From a bacterium (GTDB lineage Bacteria > Actinomycetota > Acidimicrobiia > Acidimicrobiales > RAAP-2), in the NCBI GenBank assembly GCA_027365055.1, contig DAHXOD010000001.1:1172-65171 (forward strand): a stretch of DNA of 64,000 nucleotides, given 5' to 3'. The notes below the pieces were generated by a model. It did not search any database. It was given only the letters and a program-made list of their open reading frames with translations, and was not told the origin of the DNA. Below, one piece after another: positions 8,009-16,142 of this stretch. Within the stretch, counting starts at the first letter, position 1; every line of letters begins with the position of its first letter. The translations under genes were made by a program, and so were the position numbers.

Positions 8009-9814
8009 GTGCACACAATTGTCCGGGATGATCGGGTCATGCAGCTGAGAGCGACCGTCCACGTCAGAAGCGTGACCGGGGAGGCGTCCATCCCGCGGCC
8101 GGCCCGGAGCGTCCGGCCGCACCGGAGGCGGACCCGGCCACCGCGGTGCTCTGCTCCGGTCCTCGGTGCCCTTTCCCTGACGTTGGTGCTGGTGACGGCG
8201 GTGCTGGTGACGGCAGTGCTCGGATCGGCAACCGTCGCCCTCGGCCCACAGCCTGCCGGCGCGTCCTCGGTGTCTCCGAGCGTGCCGGCGGCGACCGGAC
8301 CTTGGTACACGGTCGCCATGGGAGGCTCCACGGCCAAGGGAACCGGTTCCAGCTCCGTGGCACATCGCTACGTGAACCTGGTGGCCGATGCCGAGTCCGC
8401 CCGTTTCCCCGGGCTCTCGGTCGTGGACGTGGCCTGTGGCGGTGACACCGTCTCCGAGATCATCCACGGTGACCCTTGCCGGCCGACGGGTCAGACCCAG
8501 CTTGGAGACGCCGAGGCCTTCCTGGCCGCCCACGCGGGCCACGTCGCCTATGTCACGCTCGAGACCGGGGGGGACGACGTCCTACCCTGCGTGAGCTCGG
8601 CAGGGATCAACAGCGCCTGCCTGGCAGCGGCGTTGTCCGATATCCGCCAGGGCCTTCCGGTGATCGTCCATGGCATCGAGCATGCCGATCCCGGCGTCCC
8701 CATCGTGGCCGTGGGTTCCCATAATCCAGCGCTGTCGCACTGGATTCAAGGACCGTCGGGCCAGGCGACCGCCCGTCGGGACGCCGCCCTGTTCCCCACC
8801 TTCACCTCGACCCTGGTCAGCACCTACAGCGCGCTCGGGGTCCCGATCGCGGACATCCCGGGCGTCTTCGCCACCCAGGCGTTCTCGCCGACCGGGATCT
8901 GGAACGGGCAGGTGTTGCCGGTCAACATCGTCCGCGTCTGCAACTGGACCCACGACTGTGAGGCCGGCGCCGTCGGTCAGAACGTCCATCCCAACGACAC
9001 CGGGCATGCCATCTACGCGGCAACGGTCGAGTCGACCCTGGCCAGGATCTTCCGGGGTGGCGGTTCCGGGAGCTGGCTGGCGGCCGCGGACGGTGGGGTC
9101 TTCGCCCTCGGGGGTGCACCGTTCCTCGGTTCGATGGGCGGCACCCACCTGAACGCGCCGATCGTGGGGATGGCGGCGACGCCGGACGGCGGTGGCTACT
9201 GGCTGGTGGCGGCCGACGGGGGCGTCTTCTCCTTCGGCGACGCCCGGTTCCTCGGTTCGATGGGCGGCACCCACCTGAACGCGTCGATCGTGGGGATGGC
9301 GGCGACGCCGGACGGCGGTGGCTACTGGCTGGTGGCGGCCGACGGGGGCGTCTTCTCCTTCGGCGACGCCTACTACGCCGGTTCGCTCGGCGGCACGCAC
9401 CTCAACCGTCCCGTCGTCACCCTGGTGCCGTCCAACAGTGGCTTCGGCTACTGGCTGGTGGCGGCCGACGGGGGCGTCTTCTCCTTCGGCGACGCCGCCT
9501 TCGCCGGCTCGATGGGCGGCACCGCGTTGAACGCCCCGATCGTCGGTGCGGCTGCCACCTCGGACGGCGGTGGCTACTGGCTGGTGGCGGCCGACGGGGG
9601 CGTCTTCTCCTTCGGCGACGCCGCCTTCGCCGGCTCTGCCGGCGGACTGACGCTGCACGCTCCGATCGACGCCATGCTCCCGAGCCTCAGTGGAGGGGGC
9701 TATCAGCTGGTCGGGTCCGACGGCGGGGTGTTCGCGTACGGAGACGCGCCGTTCGCCGGGTCCCTCGGTGGCCTGCACCTCGATGCACCGGTGGTAGCGG
9801 CGGCCCAGTACTGA
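8009..9814 (+). CDS. Secreted SGNH/GDSL-like hydrolase fused to six tandem ~42-aa repeats (GYWLVAADGGVFSFGDA..GS.GG..LN.PIVG)
   Basis: 601-aa ORF with an N-terminal basic and hydrophobic signal-like segment. The SGNH-like blocks are AMGGSTAKG, ETGGDD and VHPNDTGH. The C-terminal half consists of six repeats. The start is uncertain (ATG 8009 or ATG 8039). Confidence 0.75.
   Translation: MHTIVRDDRVMQLRATVHVRSVTGEASIPRPARSVRPHRRRTRPPRCSAPVLGALSLTLVLVTAVLVTAVLGSATVALGPQPAGASSVSPSVPAATGPWYTVAMGGSTAKGTGSSSVAHRYVNLVADAESARFPGLSVVDVACGGDTVSEIIHGDPCRPTGQTQLGDAEAFLAAHAGHVAYVTLETGGDDVLPCVSSAGINSACLAAALSDIRQGLPVIVHGIEHADPGVPIVAVGSHNPALSHWIQGPSGQATARRDAALFPTFTSTLVSTYSALGVPIADIPGVFATQAFSPTGIWNGQVLPVNIVRVCNWTHDCEAGAVGQNVHPNDTGHAIYAATVESTLARIFRGGGSGSWLAAADGGVFALGGAPFLGSMGGTHLNAPIVGMAATPDGGGYWLVAADGGVFSFGDARFLGSMGGTHLNASIVGMAATPDGGGYWLVAADGGVFSFGDAYYAGSLGGTHLNRPVVTLVPSNSGFGYWLVAADGGVFSFGDAAFAGSMGGTALNAPIVGAAATSDGGGYWLVAADGGVFSFGDAAFAGSAGGLTLHAPIDAMLPSLSGGGYQLVGSDGGVFAYGDAPFAGSLGGLHLDAPVVAAAQY
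8186..8220. repeat. 15-bp tandem repeat x2.3 in the signal-peptide region (VLVTA VLVTA VL)
   Basis: gtgctggtgacggcg / gtgctggtgacggca / gtgct read directly from the sequence. Confidence 0.8.
9121..9372. repeat. 126-bp tandem duplication (123/126 identical) within the repeat-protein gene
   Basis: Units 9121-9246 and 9247-9372 compared base by base. There are 3 differences. A 51-bp core (ggctactggctggtggcggccgacgggggcgtcttctccttcggcgacgcc) recurs four times across the gene. Confidence 0.9.
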
Positions 9815-9887
9815 GCGCCGGATCGTGGTGCCCCCCCGGTCGTGGTGGTCGCCGAACGCGGCCGTGGCCACCGGTACGGCCGACCCG

Positions 9888-10778
9888 TCACACCATCGGC
9901 TGCACGAACGTCTCGGCGTACCGCTCGCACGCCGCCACCCGATCGCGGTGGACGGACTCGGGGTCGGTACCGTCCCCGGCCGGGACCGCCATCCAGGGCG
10001 CACAGAGCAGGTCGGTGACCCCGGCATCCTCGAGTCGTCGGTAGAGGTCGAGGTCGGGCATGGCCCGCACCGCCAGGTAGATGGCGAAGTCGTCGTCCCG
10101 ACCCGCTTCGGCCAGCGCGTCCGTGATCCTCGCCACCTGGCGCAACGCCTCGTCCTCGGGCACGGCGCCGGTGTTGATCCAGCCGTCACCCAGCGTGGCT
10201 GCCCGTCGCACGGCTGCGTCCGAGTCCCCTCCGACCATGATCGGCACCGGGCGGGCCGGAGACGGGTTCATCTGACAGAGCGGTACGTCGTAGAACGTGC
10301 CGTGGTGCTCCACCCAACCCCCGGCCCACAGGGAGCGCAATGCCGGGATCATCTCGTTCAAGCGCTTCCCGCGGGTCCGGAAGTCCTGACCGGTCTGGGC
10401 GTACTCCTCCTCGCACCAGCCGACCCCGACCCCCAGGCGGACCCGGTCGTGAGAAAGCACGGCAGCGGTCCCCACCGACTTCGCCACCGTGATCAGGTCG
10501 CGGACCGGGGCGACGTAGACACCGGTGGTGAAGGTGAGCGACTCGGTGCCCGCAGCCATCGCGGAGATAAGGCACATCGGGTCGGGCCACGCGGTGTCCT
10601 TCTCCCAGAACGGAGCACCGTCGGGCGCCTTCGAGTACGTGTAGCGCGAGGCGAGCACCTTGGGGTTGAACAGGTGGTCGGAGACGTAGATCCCCGCATA
10701 CCCCATGCCGTCGCAGGCCCGCGCCAGCGCCACGGATTCGTCGACGGCGAGGAAGGTGACGGCTTGATGGAATCGCAT
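9888..10778 (-). CDS. LLM-class F420-dependent oxidoreductase
   Basis: 296-aa ORF. YAGIYVSDHLF.., GVGVGWCEEEY.., RPVPIMVGGDS..A..RAA.LGDGW are typical of the small LLM F420-dependent family. Confidence 0.8.
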   Translation of the reverse strand: MRFHQAVTFLAVDESVALARACDGMGYAGIYVSDHLFNPKVLASRYTYSKAPDGAPFWEKDTAWPDPMCLISAMAAGTESLTFTTGVYVAPVRDLITVAKSVGTAAVLSHDRVRLGVGVGWCEEEYAQTGQDFRTRGKRLNEMIPALRSLWAGGWVEHHGTFYDVPLCQMNPSPARPVPIMVGGDSDAAVRRAATLGDGWINTGAVPEDEALRQVARITDALAEAGRDDDFAIYLAVRAMPDLDLYRRLEDAGVTDLLCAPWMAVPAGDGTDPESVHRDRVAACERYAETFVQPMV

Positions 10779-10808
10779 GGGACTAGCGCTCTCGCATCGT
10801 TCGGAGGT

Positions 10809-12074
10809 CTACCGTCCGACCGGCACCGACGGCGAGAACGCCACCGGCAGGTGCTTGACCCCGTTGATGAAGTTCGACTGCAGGTGCTGTTCCTCGCCGG
10901 CGCGGTGGATGTCCGGCAGGCGGTCGAGCAGCCGATCGAACATGACACGGATCTCCATGCGGGCCAAATTGGCACCCAGGCAGAAGTGGGGTCCACCTCC
11001 GCCGAACGCCATGTGGTTGTTGGGGGCTCGTCCGATGTCGAACGTGTCGGGGTCGTCGAACACCGTCTCGTCCCGGTTGGCCGAGGTGTGCCAGAACACC
11101 ACCTTGTCCCCCTCGTTGATCCGTTGCTCCCCGATGGTCCAATCCATGGTGGCCTGGCGACGAAAGTGCATCACCGGCGTGACATAGCGGAGCATCTCTT
11201 CGATTGCCGAGGGGAGGAGCGACCGGTCTGCCCGCAACCGCTCCCACTGGTCAGGGTGGTCGAAGAAGGCGACCATGGCCCCCGAGATCAGGTTGCGGGT
11301 GGTCTCGTTGCCCGCCACGGCCAGCAGTAGGAAGAACAGGTCGAGCTCGAGTGGGGAGAGCTGGTCTCCCTCGACCTCCGCCTGGGTGAGCACGCTGAAC
11401 AGGTCGGCGTGGGGGTCGAGCCGCTTCTTCGCACACAGCTCGTCCGCATAGGCGTACAGCTCGAGTGACGCCTGGGTGCTGTACTCGGGCGGCACCATGA
11501 ACTCGGGGTCCTCCGACCCGATCATTTTGTTCGACCAGTCGAAGACGAGATGGCGGTCGGCCTGGGGGACGCCCATCAGATCGGCGATCACCTGGAGGGG
11601 GAGCTCGGCGGAGATCTCCTCGACGAAGTCCGCCGAACCCTGCTCGCAGACCCGGTCGATGATGTCGTCGGTGGAGGCGACCACCTTTGTCTCGAGGTCG
11701 CGGATCATCCGGGGGGTGAACCCCTTGTTCACCAGGCGCCGGTACCGGGTGTGCATCGGTGGATCCATGTTCAGCATCATCAGCTGCAGCTGGGCGAGGT
11801 TGTCCTCGTCCATGTCGGTGAACAAGGTGGCTGCCCGGGACGACGAGAAATGCTCGTAGTCGCGGTTGACGGTGACGCAGTCGTCGTAGCGGGTGACGCT
11901 CCAGAATCCGTCGGCCTGCCCGTTGGGGTCCCGGTGCCACTGGACAGGCGCCTCGCGTCGGAGGTAGGCGAACCACTCGTGCGGCACCCCTCCGGCGAAG
12001 TTCCGCGAGTCGCTGAGGTCGATGTCCGCCAACTGCACGGTGCTTGACCGTTGAACGTCGTTTCCTCGTGGCAC
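10809..12074 (-). CDS. Cytochrome P450, CYP125-like (steroid C26-monooxygenase family)
   Basis: Haem-ligand loop FGGGGPHFCLGANLA. There are long collinear matches to my memory of M. tuberculosis CYP125, for example LNMDPPMHTRYRRLVNKGFTPR, SADFVEEISAELPLQVIADLMGVP and LLLAVAGNETTRN. GTG 12074 has a GGGGGAG SD-like run 4 nt upstream; GTG 12038 is an alternative. The track start at 12146 adds Arg-rich junk and overlaps the palindrome. Confidence 0.85.
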   Translation of the reverse strand: MPRGNDVQRSSTVQLADIDLSDSRNFAGGVPHEWFAYLRREAPVQWHRDPNGQADGFWSVTRYDDCVTVNRDYEHFSSSRAATLFTDMDEDNLAQLQLMMLNMDPPMHTRYRRLVNKGFTPRMIRDLETKVVASTDDIIDRVCEQGSADFVEEISAELPLQVIADLMGVPQADRHLVFDWSNKMIGSEDPEFMVPPEYSTQASLELYAYADELCAKKRLDPHADLFSVLTQAEVEGDQLSPLELDLFFLLLAVAGNETTRNLISGAMVAFFDHPDQWERLRADRSLLPSAIEEMLRYVTPVMHFRRQATMDWTIGEQRINEGDKVVFWHTSANRDETVFDDPDTFDIGRAPNNHMAFGGGGPHFCLGANLARMEIRVMFDRLLDRLPDIHRAGEEQHLQSNFINGVKHLPVAFSPSVPVGR

Positions 12075-12145
12075 GGCACTCCCCCCCGGTCTGGTCGACC
12101 GTCCGGTCGACGCGTGCCGGCGGCGGCAGGCCGGCGACCACGTCA

Positions 12146-12169
12146 CTAACTAGAACCTGTATCAGTTAG
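12146..12169. promoter_or_regulatory. Palindromic operator candidate (CTAACT-N12-AGTTAG) containing a KstR-like box TAGAACCTGTATCA
   Basis: Perfect 6-bp inverted arms sit in a locally AT-richer patch of the divergent P450/fadE intergenic region. The inner 14-mer fits TnnAACnnGTTnnA at 7 of 8 fixed positions. Confidence 0.45.
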
Positions 12170-12233
12170 CATAGGCCAACCACACCACCAGGGCCACCGG
12201 TCCGGGTCGGCTCGCCAGGAGGGATCGATCGGT

Positions 12234-13394
12234 ATGTACCTCGAGGAAACGCCGGAACAGCAGGCGCTACGGGCCGAGCTGCGGGCCTACTTCGCCGACG
12301 TGATCACCGACGAGGTCCGTAAGGCGCTCGATGGTGAGGGGGAGGGAGGCGATGCGTTCCACGCCACCGTCCGCCGCATGGGCAAGGACGGCTGGTTGGG
12401 GATCGGTTGGCCGAAGGAGGTGGGGGGGCAGGGTCGGCCCGCCTCCGATCAGTTCATCTTCTTCAACGAGGTCCAGCGCGCCCGGGCCCCGTTCCCGTTC
12501 GTGACGCTCAACACGGTGGGTCCGATGCTCATGCGCTACGGGACGGACGAGCAGAAATCCTTCTTCCTCCCCCGCATTCTCCAGGGCGAGCTGCACTGCG
12601 CCATCGGGTACACCGAGCCGGACGCCGGCACCGACCTGGCTTCGCTGCGCACGCGGGCGGTCCAGGACGGCGACCAGTGGGTGATCGACGGCAACAAGGT
12701 GTTCACCAGCGGGGCGGATCAGGCCGACTACATCTGGTTGGCCACCCGCACCGATCCGGAGGCACCCAAGCACAAGGGGATCTCGATCTTCCTGGTGCCG
12801 ACCACGTCGCCCGGCTTTTCGTGTACCCCGATCGTCACCGTGGGCGGGGTCTCCACCACCGCTTCCTACTACGACGGGGTCCGGGTGCCTTCGAGTGCTC
12901 TGGTCGGGGTGCTGAACGAGGGATGGCGCCTGATCACCGGCCAGCTCAACCATGAACGGGTCGGCCTCGCAGCCGTCAGCGCCCTGGCCCACCGCCTGTG
13001 GGCCGAGGCGGCCGAGTGGGCACTCGCTGATGGGCTCGGTGACGTGCCATGGGTTCAGGCCGACCTGGCTCGCTCGCACGCGCTCCTCGAAGCCCAGCGG
13101 CTCCTCAACTGGAGGATGACCGCGGCAGTGGCGGACGACACGCTCGGACCCGCCGACTCGTCGGCGGTCAAGGTGTTCGGGACGGAAACCACCATCGAGG
13201 TGTACCGCATGCTGCTCGGCATCGTCGGGGCCGCCGGGTACCTGGCTCCTGGTTCGCCCGGTGCCGTGCTGCACGGCGAGCTCGAGCGGGCCGCACGGTC
13301 CGCACAGATCAACACCTTCGGCGGCGGGGTCAACGAGGTCCAGCGCGAGATCCTGGCCACCGCCGGTCTCGGGCTGACCCGAGCGGCCCGGTGA
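12234..13394 (+). CDS. Acyl-CoA dehydrogenase (FadE28/ChsE-like subunit candidate)
   Basis: 386-aa ORF with a GGAGGGA SD upstream. It shows an ACAD fold signature (..CAIGYTEPDAGTDLASL.., ..FGGGVNEVQREI..). Confidence 0.85.
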   Translation: MYLEETPEQQALRAELRAYFADVITDEVRKALDGEGEGGDAFHATVRRMGKDGWLGIGWPKEVGGQGRPASDQFIFFNEVQRARAPFPFVTLNTVGPMLMRYGTDEQKSFFLPRILQGELHCAIGYTEPDAGTDLASLRTRAVQDGDQWVIDGNKVFTSGADQADYIWLATRTDPEAPKHKGISIFLVPTTSPGFSCTPIVTVGGVSTTASYYDGVRVPSSALVGVLNEGWRLITGQLNHERVGLAAVSALAHRLWAEAAEWALADGLGDVPWVQADLARSHALLEAQRLLNWRMTAAVADDTLGPADSSAVKVFGTETTIEVYRMLLGIVGAAGYLAPGSPGAVLHGELERAARSAQINTFGGGVNEVQREILATAGLGLTRAAR

Positions 13395-14503
13395 GCCCCA
13401 CCCCGGGGGTGCCTGGATCGAGCACCGCCACCGCGGACGTCCCGGACAGTGCCGAGTACGAGTCGGCGTTGCAGGCGTTCACCGGTCAGTCCGCCGGTCC
13501 GGGGCACCGTGCCCCCGACCCGGTGAACCTCCCGATGATCCGCCACTGGGTCGAGGCGATGGGGGACGAGAACCCCGTGTACCTCGACGAGCAAGCAGCC
13601 CGGGACGCCGGGTATCCCGGCGTGATCGCCCCACCGACCATGCTGCAGGCCTGGATCATGCGGGGCCTGAAGGCTTCCCAGGCGGTGGAAGCCTCCCGAT
13701 CGGCGGGGGAGGGAGCCGTCGTCGGCGACTCGCCCACCGACCGGGTCATGGCCTTGCTCGACGCCGGGGGCTTCACCTCGGTGGTGGCGACCAACTGCGA
13801 GCAGCGCTACCTGCGGCCCCTGGTGCTCGGTGACCATCTGGAGGTCGAGTCGGTGATCGAATCGGTCTCGGCGCGAAAGCAGACTGCGCTCGGGGTGGGC
13901 CACTTCCTCACCAACCGGATGGACTTCTCCGACCAGCATGGCGAGCTGGTGGCCACCATGCGGTTCCGGATCCTCAAGTTCCGCCCCACGGCTCCTTCCG
14001 CGCACCAGGCCGAGGCGGCGGCTCGGCCGCCACGGCCCCGGCCGTCGCTGACCCAGGACAACGCGTTCTTCTTCGAGGGGGCGACGCGGGGCGAGCTGCT
14101 CATCCAACGCTGTGCACGCTGCGGCACCCTTCGCCATCCCCCACGTCCCGCCTGCGCCGGCTGTCGGTCGTTCGAGTGGGACACCGTGCGCTCCTCGGGT
14201 CGCGGCACGATCTACAGCTTCGTCGTCAACCACTACCCCCAGGTCGCCGCCTTCGACTATCCACTGACGGTGGTGTTGGTGGCACTGGAGGAGGGGACAA
14301 GGCTGGTGGCGAACGTGTCCGGCTTCGCGCCGGGGACAGTCACCATCGGGGCGCCGGTCCGGGTGACCTTCGAACGATTCGACGATGAGCTGTCCCTCCC
14401 GGTGTTCGTCCCCGACCCGGGGCGTTCCACGGCCCCGGCCGGAGAGGCTGGCGGCTCCCTGGGGACGGCGGCTGACGGGTCGGACGAACGAGGAGACCAC
14501 TGA
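13391..14503 (+). CDS. Fusion protein: MaoC-N/FAS1-like hotdog dehydratase domain + DUF35 (Zn-ribbon/OB-fold) domain (ChsH2-like)
   Basis: GTG 13391 overlaps the previous stop (GTGA). The N-terminal half (PMIRHWVEAMGDENPVYLDEQAARDAGYPGVIAPPTM) is a hotdog hydratase. The C-terminal half (RCARCGTLRHPPRPACAGCRS..GTIYSFVV) is the DUF35 rubredoxin-like zinc ribbon plus OB fold. Confidence 0.8.
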   Translation: MSPTPGVPGSSTATADVPDSAEYESALQAFTGQSAGPGHRAPDPVNLPMIRHWVEAMGDENPVYLDEQAARDAGYPGVIAPPTMLQAWIMRGLKASQAVEASRSAGEGAVVGDSPTDRVMALLDAGGFTSVVATNCEQRYLRPLVLGDHLEVESVIESVSARKQTALGVGHFLTNRMDFSDQHGELVATMRFRILKFRPTAPSAHQAEAAARPPRPRPSLTQDNAFFFEGATRGELLIQRCARCGTLRHPPRPACAGCRSFEWDTVRSSGRGTIYSFVVNHYPQVAAFDYPLTVVLVALEEGTRLVANVSGFAPGTVTIGAPVRVTFERFDDELSLPVFVPDPGRSTAPAGEAGGSLGTAADGSDERGDH

Positions 14504-15675
14504 TGGAGTTCGGGTTCAGCGAGCAGCAGGCAGCAGTGCGTGAGTCGGTCGAGGCGATCATCGCCGGTTCGGTCACCCCGGACCGGGTGCGGGCGGTGGA
14601 GGGATCCGCCGACCGGATGGACCGGGCCCTCTGGTCCGCCTTGGCCCAGGCCGACCTCCTCGGATTGGCGGTGCCCGACGCCTACGGTGGTTCGGGGTGC
14701 GGGATGGTCGAGCTCGCCCTGCTGCTCGAGGCCCAGGGGCAGGCGGTGGCGCCGGTGCCCCTGTGGGCCTCGACCGTGCTCGGCGGGCTGCCGATCGCGG
14801 CGTTCGGTTCGGACCAGCTCCGCGATGGCGCGCTCCGTGGCCTGGCCGCCGGAACGACGGTGCTGACGGCGGCGCTCACCGACGTGGCCGGGGACCTGGC
14901 GAGCGGAGGCCCGGGGCGCCCGGCGGTCCGGGCGGAGCAGTCCGGTGCCGTGCCGGGTGGGCTCCGGCTGACCGGGACGGCCTTCGCCGTTCCCTACGCC
15001 CACGTGGCCGATCGGGTGCTGGTGCCGGCGGCAACGGCGGAGGGGGGAGTCGTCGTGGCTGCGGTGGACCCTTCTGCCGCTGGTGTCGGCGTCGAGCGGG
15101 CATGCACCACCAACCGCGAGATCCATCCTCACCTCCATCTCGACGAGGTGGAGGTACCTCCGTCCGACCTGCTCGCTGGCGGCGAAGCGAACCGGGGAGC
15201 GGAGATGGTCGAATGGATGTTGGAGCGGGCCTGGACCGGCCTGTGCGCCTTGCAGGTGGGGGTGGCCGAAGCAGCGCTGTCCCAAACGGTGAACTACCTG
15301 AACCAGCGCGAGCAGTTCGGCCGGCCACTGGCCACCTTCCAGGCAGCCAAGCTGCGGGCGGCCGACGCGGCCATCGACATCGAGGCGATGCGGGTGACCC
15401 TGTGGCAGGCGGCATGGCGTCTCGATCACGGACTGCCGGCGGGGCCGGCGGTGGCGATCGCCACGTGGTTCGCCAAGGAGGCCGGACAGCGGGTGGTCCA
15501 TGCGACCCAGCATCTCCACGGGGGGATGGGAGCGGACATCGACTACCCGATCCATCGCTACTTCCTCTGGGGAAAGCAGATCGAACTGCTGCTGGGCGGT
15601 CCGAGCGCCCAGCTGGCCCGTCTCGGGCGCCAGGTGGTCGACGACCTGCGGAGCGGCCAGGCGGTGTCCGCGTGA
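14503..15675 (+). CDS. Acyl-CoA dehydrogenase (FadE29/ChsE-like partner subunit candidate)
   Basis: 390-aa ORF. The ATG shares 1 nt with the upstream stop (TGATG). The ACAD C-terminal helices include ..QHLHGGMGADIDYPIHRYF... Confidence 0.8.
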   Translation: MEFGFSEQQAAVRESVEAIIAGSVTPDRVRAVEGSADRMDRALWSALAQADLLGLAVPDAYGGSGCGMVELALLLEAQGQAVAPVPLWASTVLGGLPIAAFGSDQLRDGALRGLAAGTTVLTAALTDVAGDLASGGPGRPAVRAEQSGAVPGGLRLTGTAFAVPYAHVADRVLVPAATAEGGVVVAAVDPSAAGVGVERACTTNREIHPHLHLDEVEVPPSDLLAGGEANRGAEMVEWMLERAWTGLCALQVGVAEAALSQTVNYLNQREQFGRPLATFQAAKLRAADAAIDIEAMRVTLWQAAWRLDHGLPAGPAVAIATWFAKEAGQRVVHATQHLHGGMGADIDYPIHRYFLWGKQIELLLGGPSAQLARLGRQVVDDLRSGQAVSA

Positions 15676-16142
15676 GCATCCGTCCCACCACGTTCGCCTT
15701 CGAGGACGTCCGGGTCGGCGATCAACTGCCCGAGCTGGTGGTCCCGCTGACCCGGACGACGATCATCGCCACCGCGATCGCTTCGCGTGACTACCAGGAC
15801 GTCCACCATGACCCGGCACTGGCCAAGGAGCGGGGTTCGAAGGACATCTTCATGAACATCCTGTCCACCAACGGGTTCGTGGGGAGGTTCGTGACCGACT
15901 GGTCGGGCCCGGGCGGGGTCCTCACCTCGGTCAGCATCCGGCTGGGCGCACCCAACTACGCCGGCGACGCCATGACCCTCACCGGCTCGGTCTCCGGCAA
16001 GGATCCGGAGGTCGGGGAGGACGGCTGGGGATCGGTGGAAGTGGCGGTCCGGGGGGCGAACACGTTGGGGGACCACGTCACCGGGACTGTCGAGTTGCGA
16101 CTGCCGTCGCGGGTCGGTGACGGCACGAGGGGCGCCCGATGA
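15672..16142 (+). CDS. MaoC-like hotdog (R)-hydratase subunit (ChsH1-like)
   Basis: GTG 15672 overlaps the upstream stop (GTGA). The motif RDYQDVHHDPALAKERG matches the MaoC dehydratase active-site region. Confidence 0.8.
   Translation: MSIRPTTFAFEDVRVGDQLPELVVPLTRTTIIATAIASRDYQDVHHDPALAKERGSKDIFMNILSTNGFVGRFVTDWSGPGGVLTSVSIRLGAPNYAGDAMTLTGSVSGKDPEVGEDGWGSVEVAVRGANTLGDHVTGTVELRLPSRVGDGTRGAR

Noticed and set aside
8582-10189. 535-aa minus-strand ORF with its own internal repeats.
   Set aside because: It is the antisense image of the repeat-protein gene and of the following LLM gene region. Its repeats simply mirror the + strand repeats, and its composition is Arg/Gly/Pro-rich.
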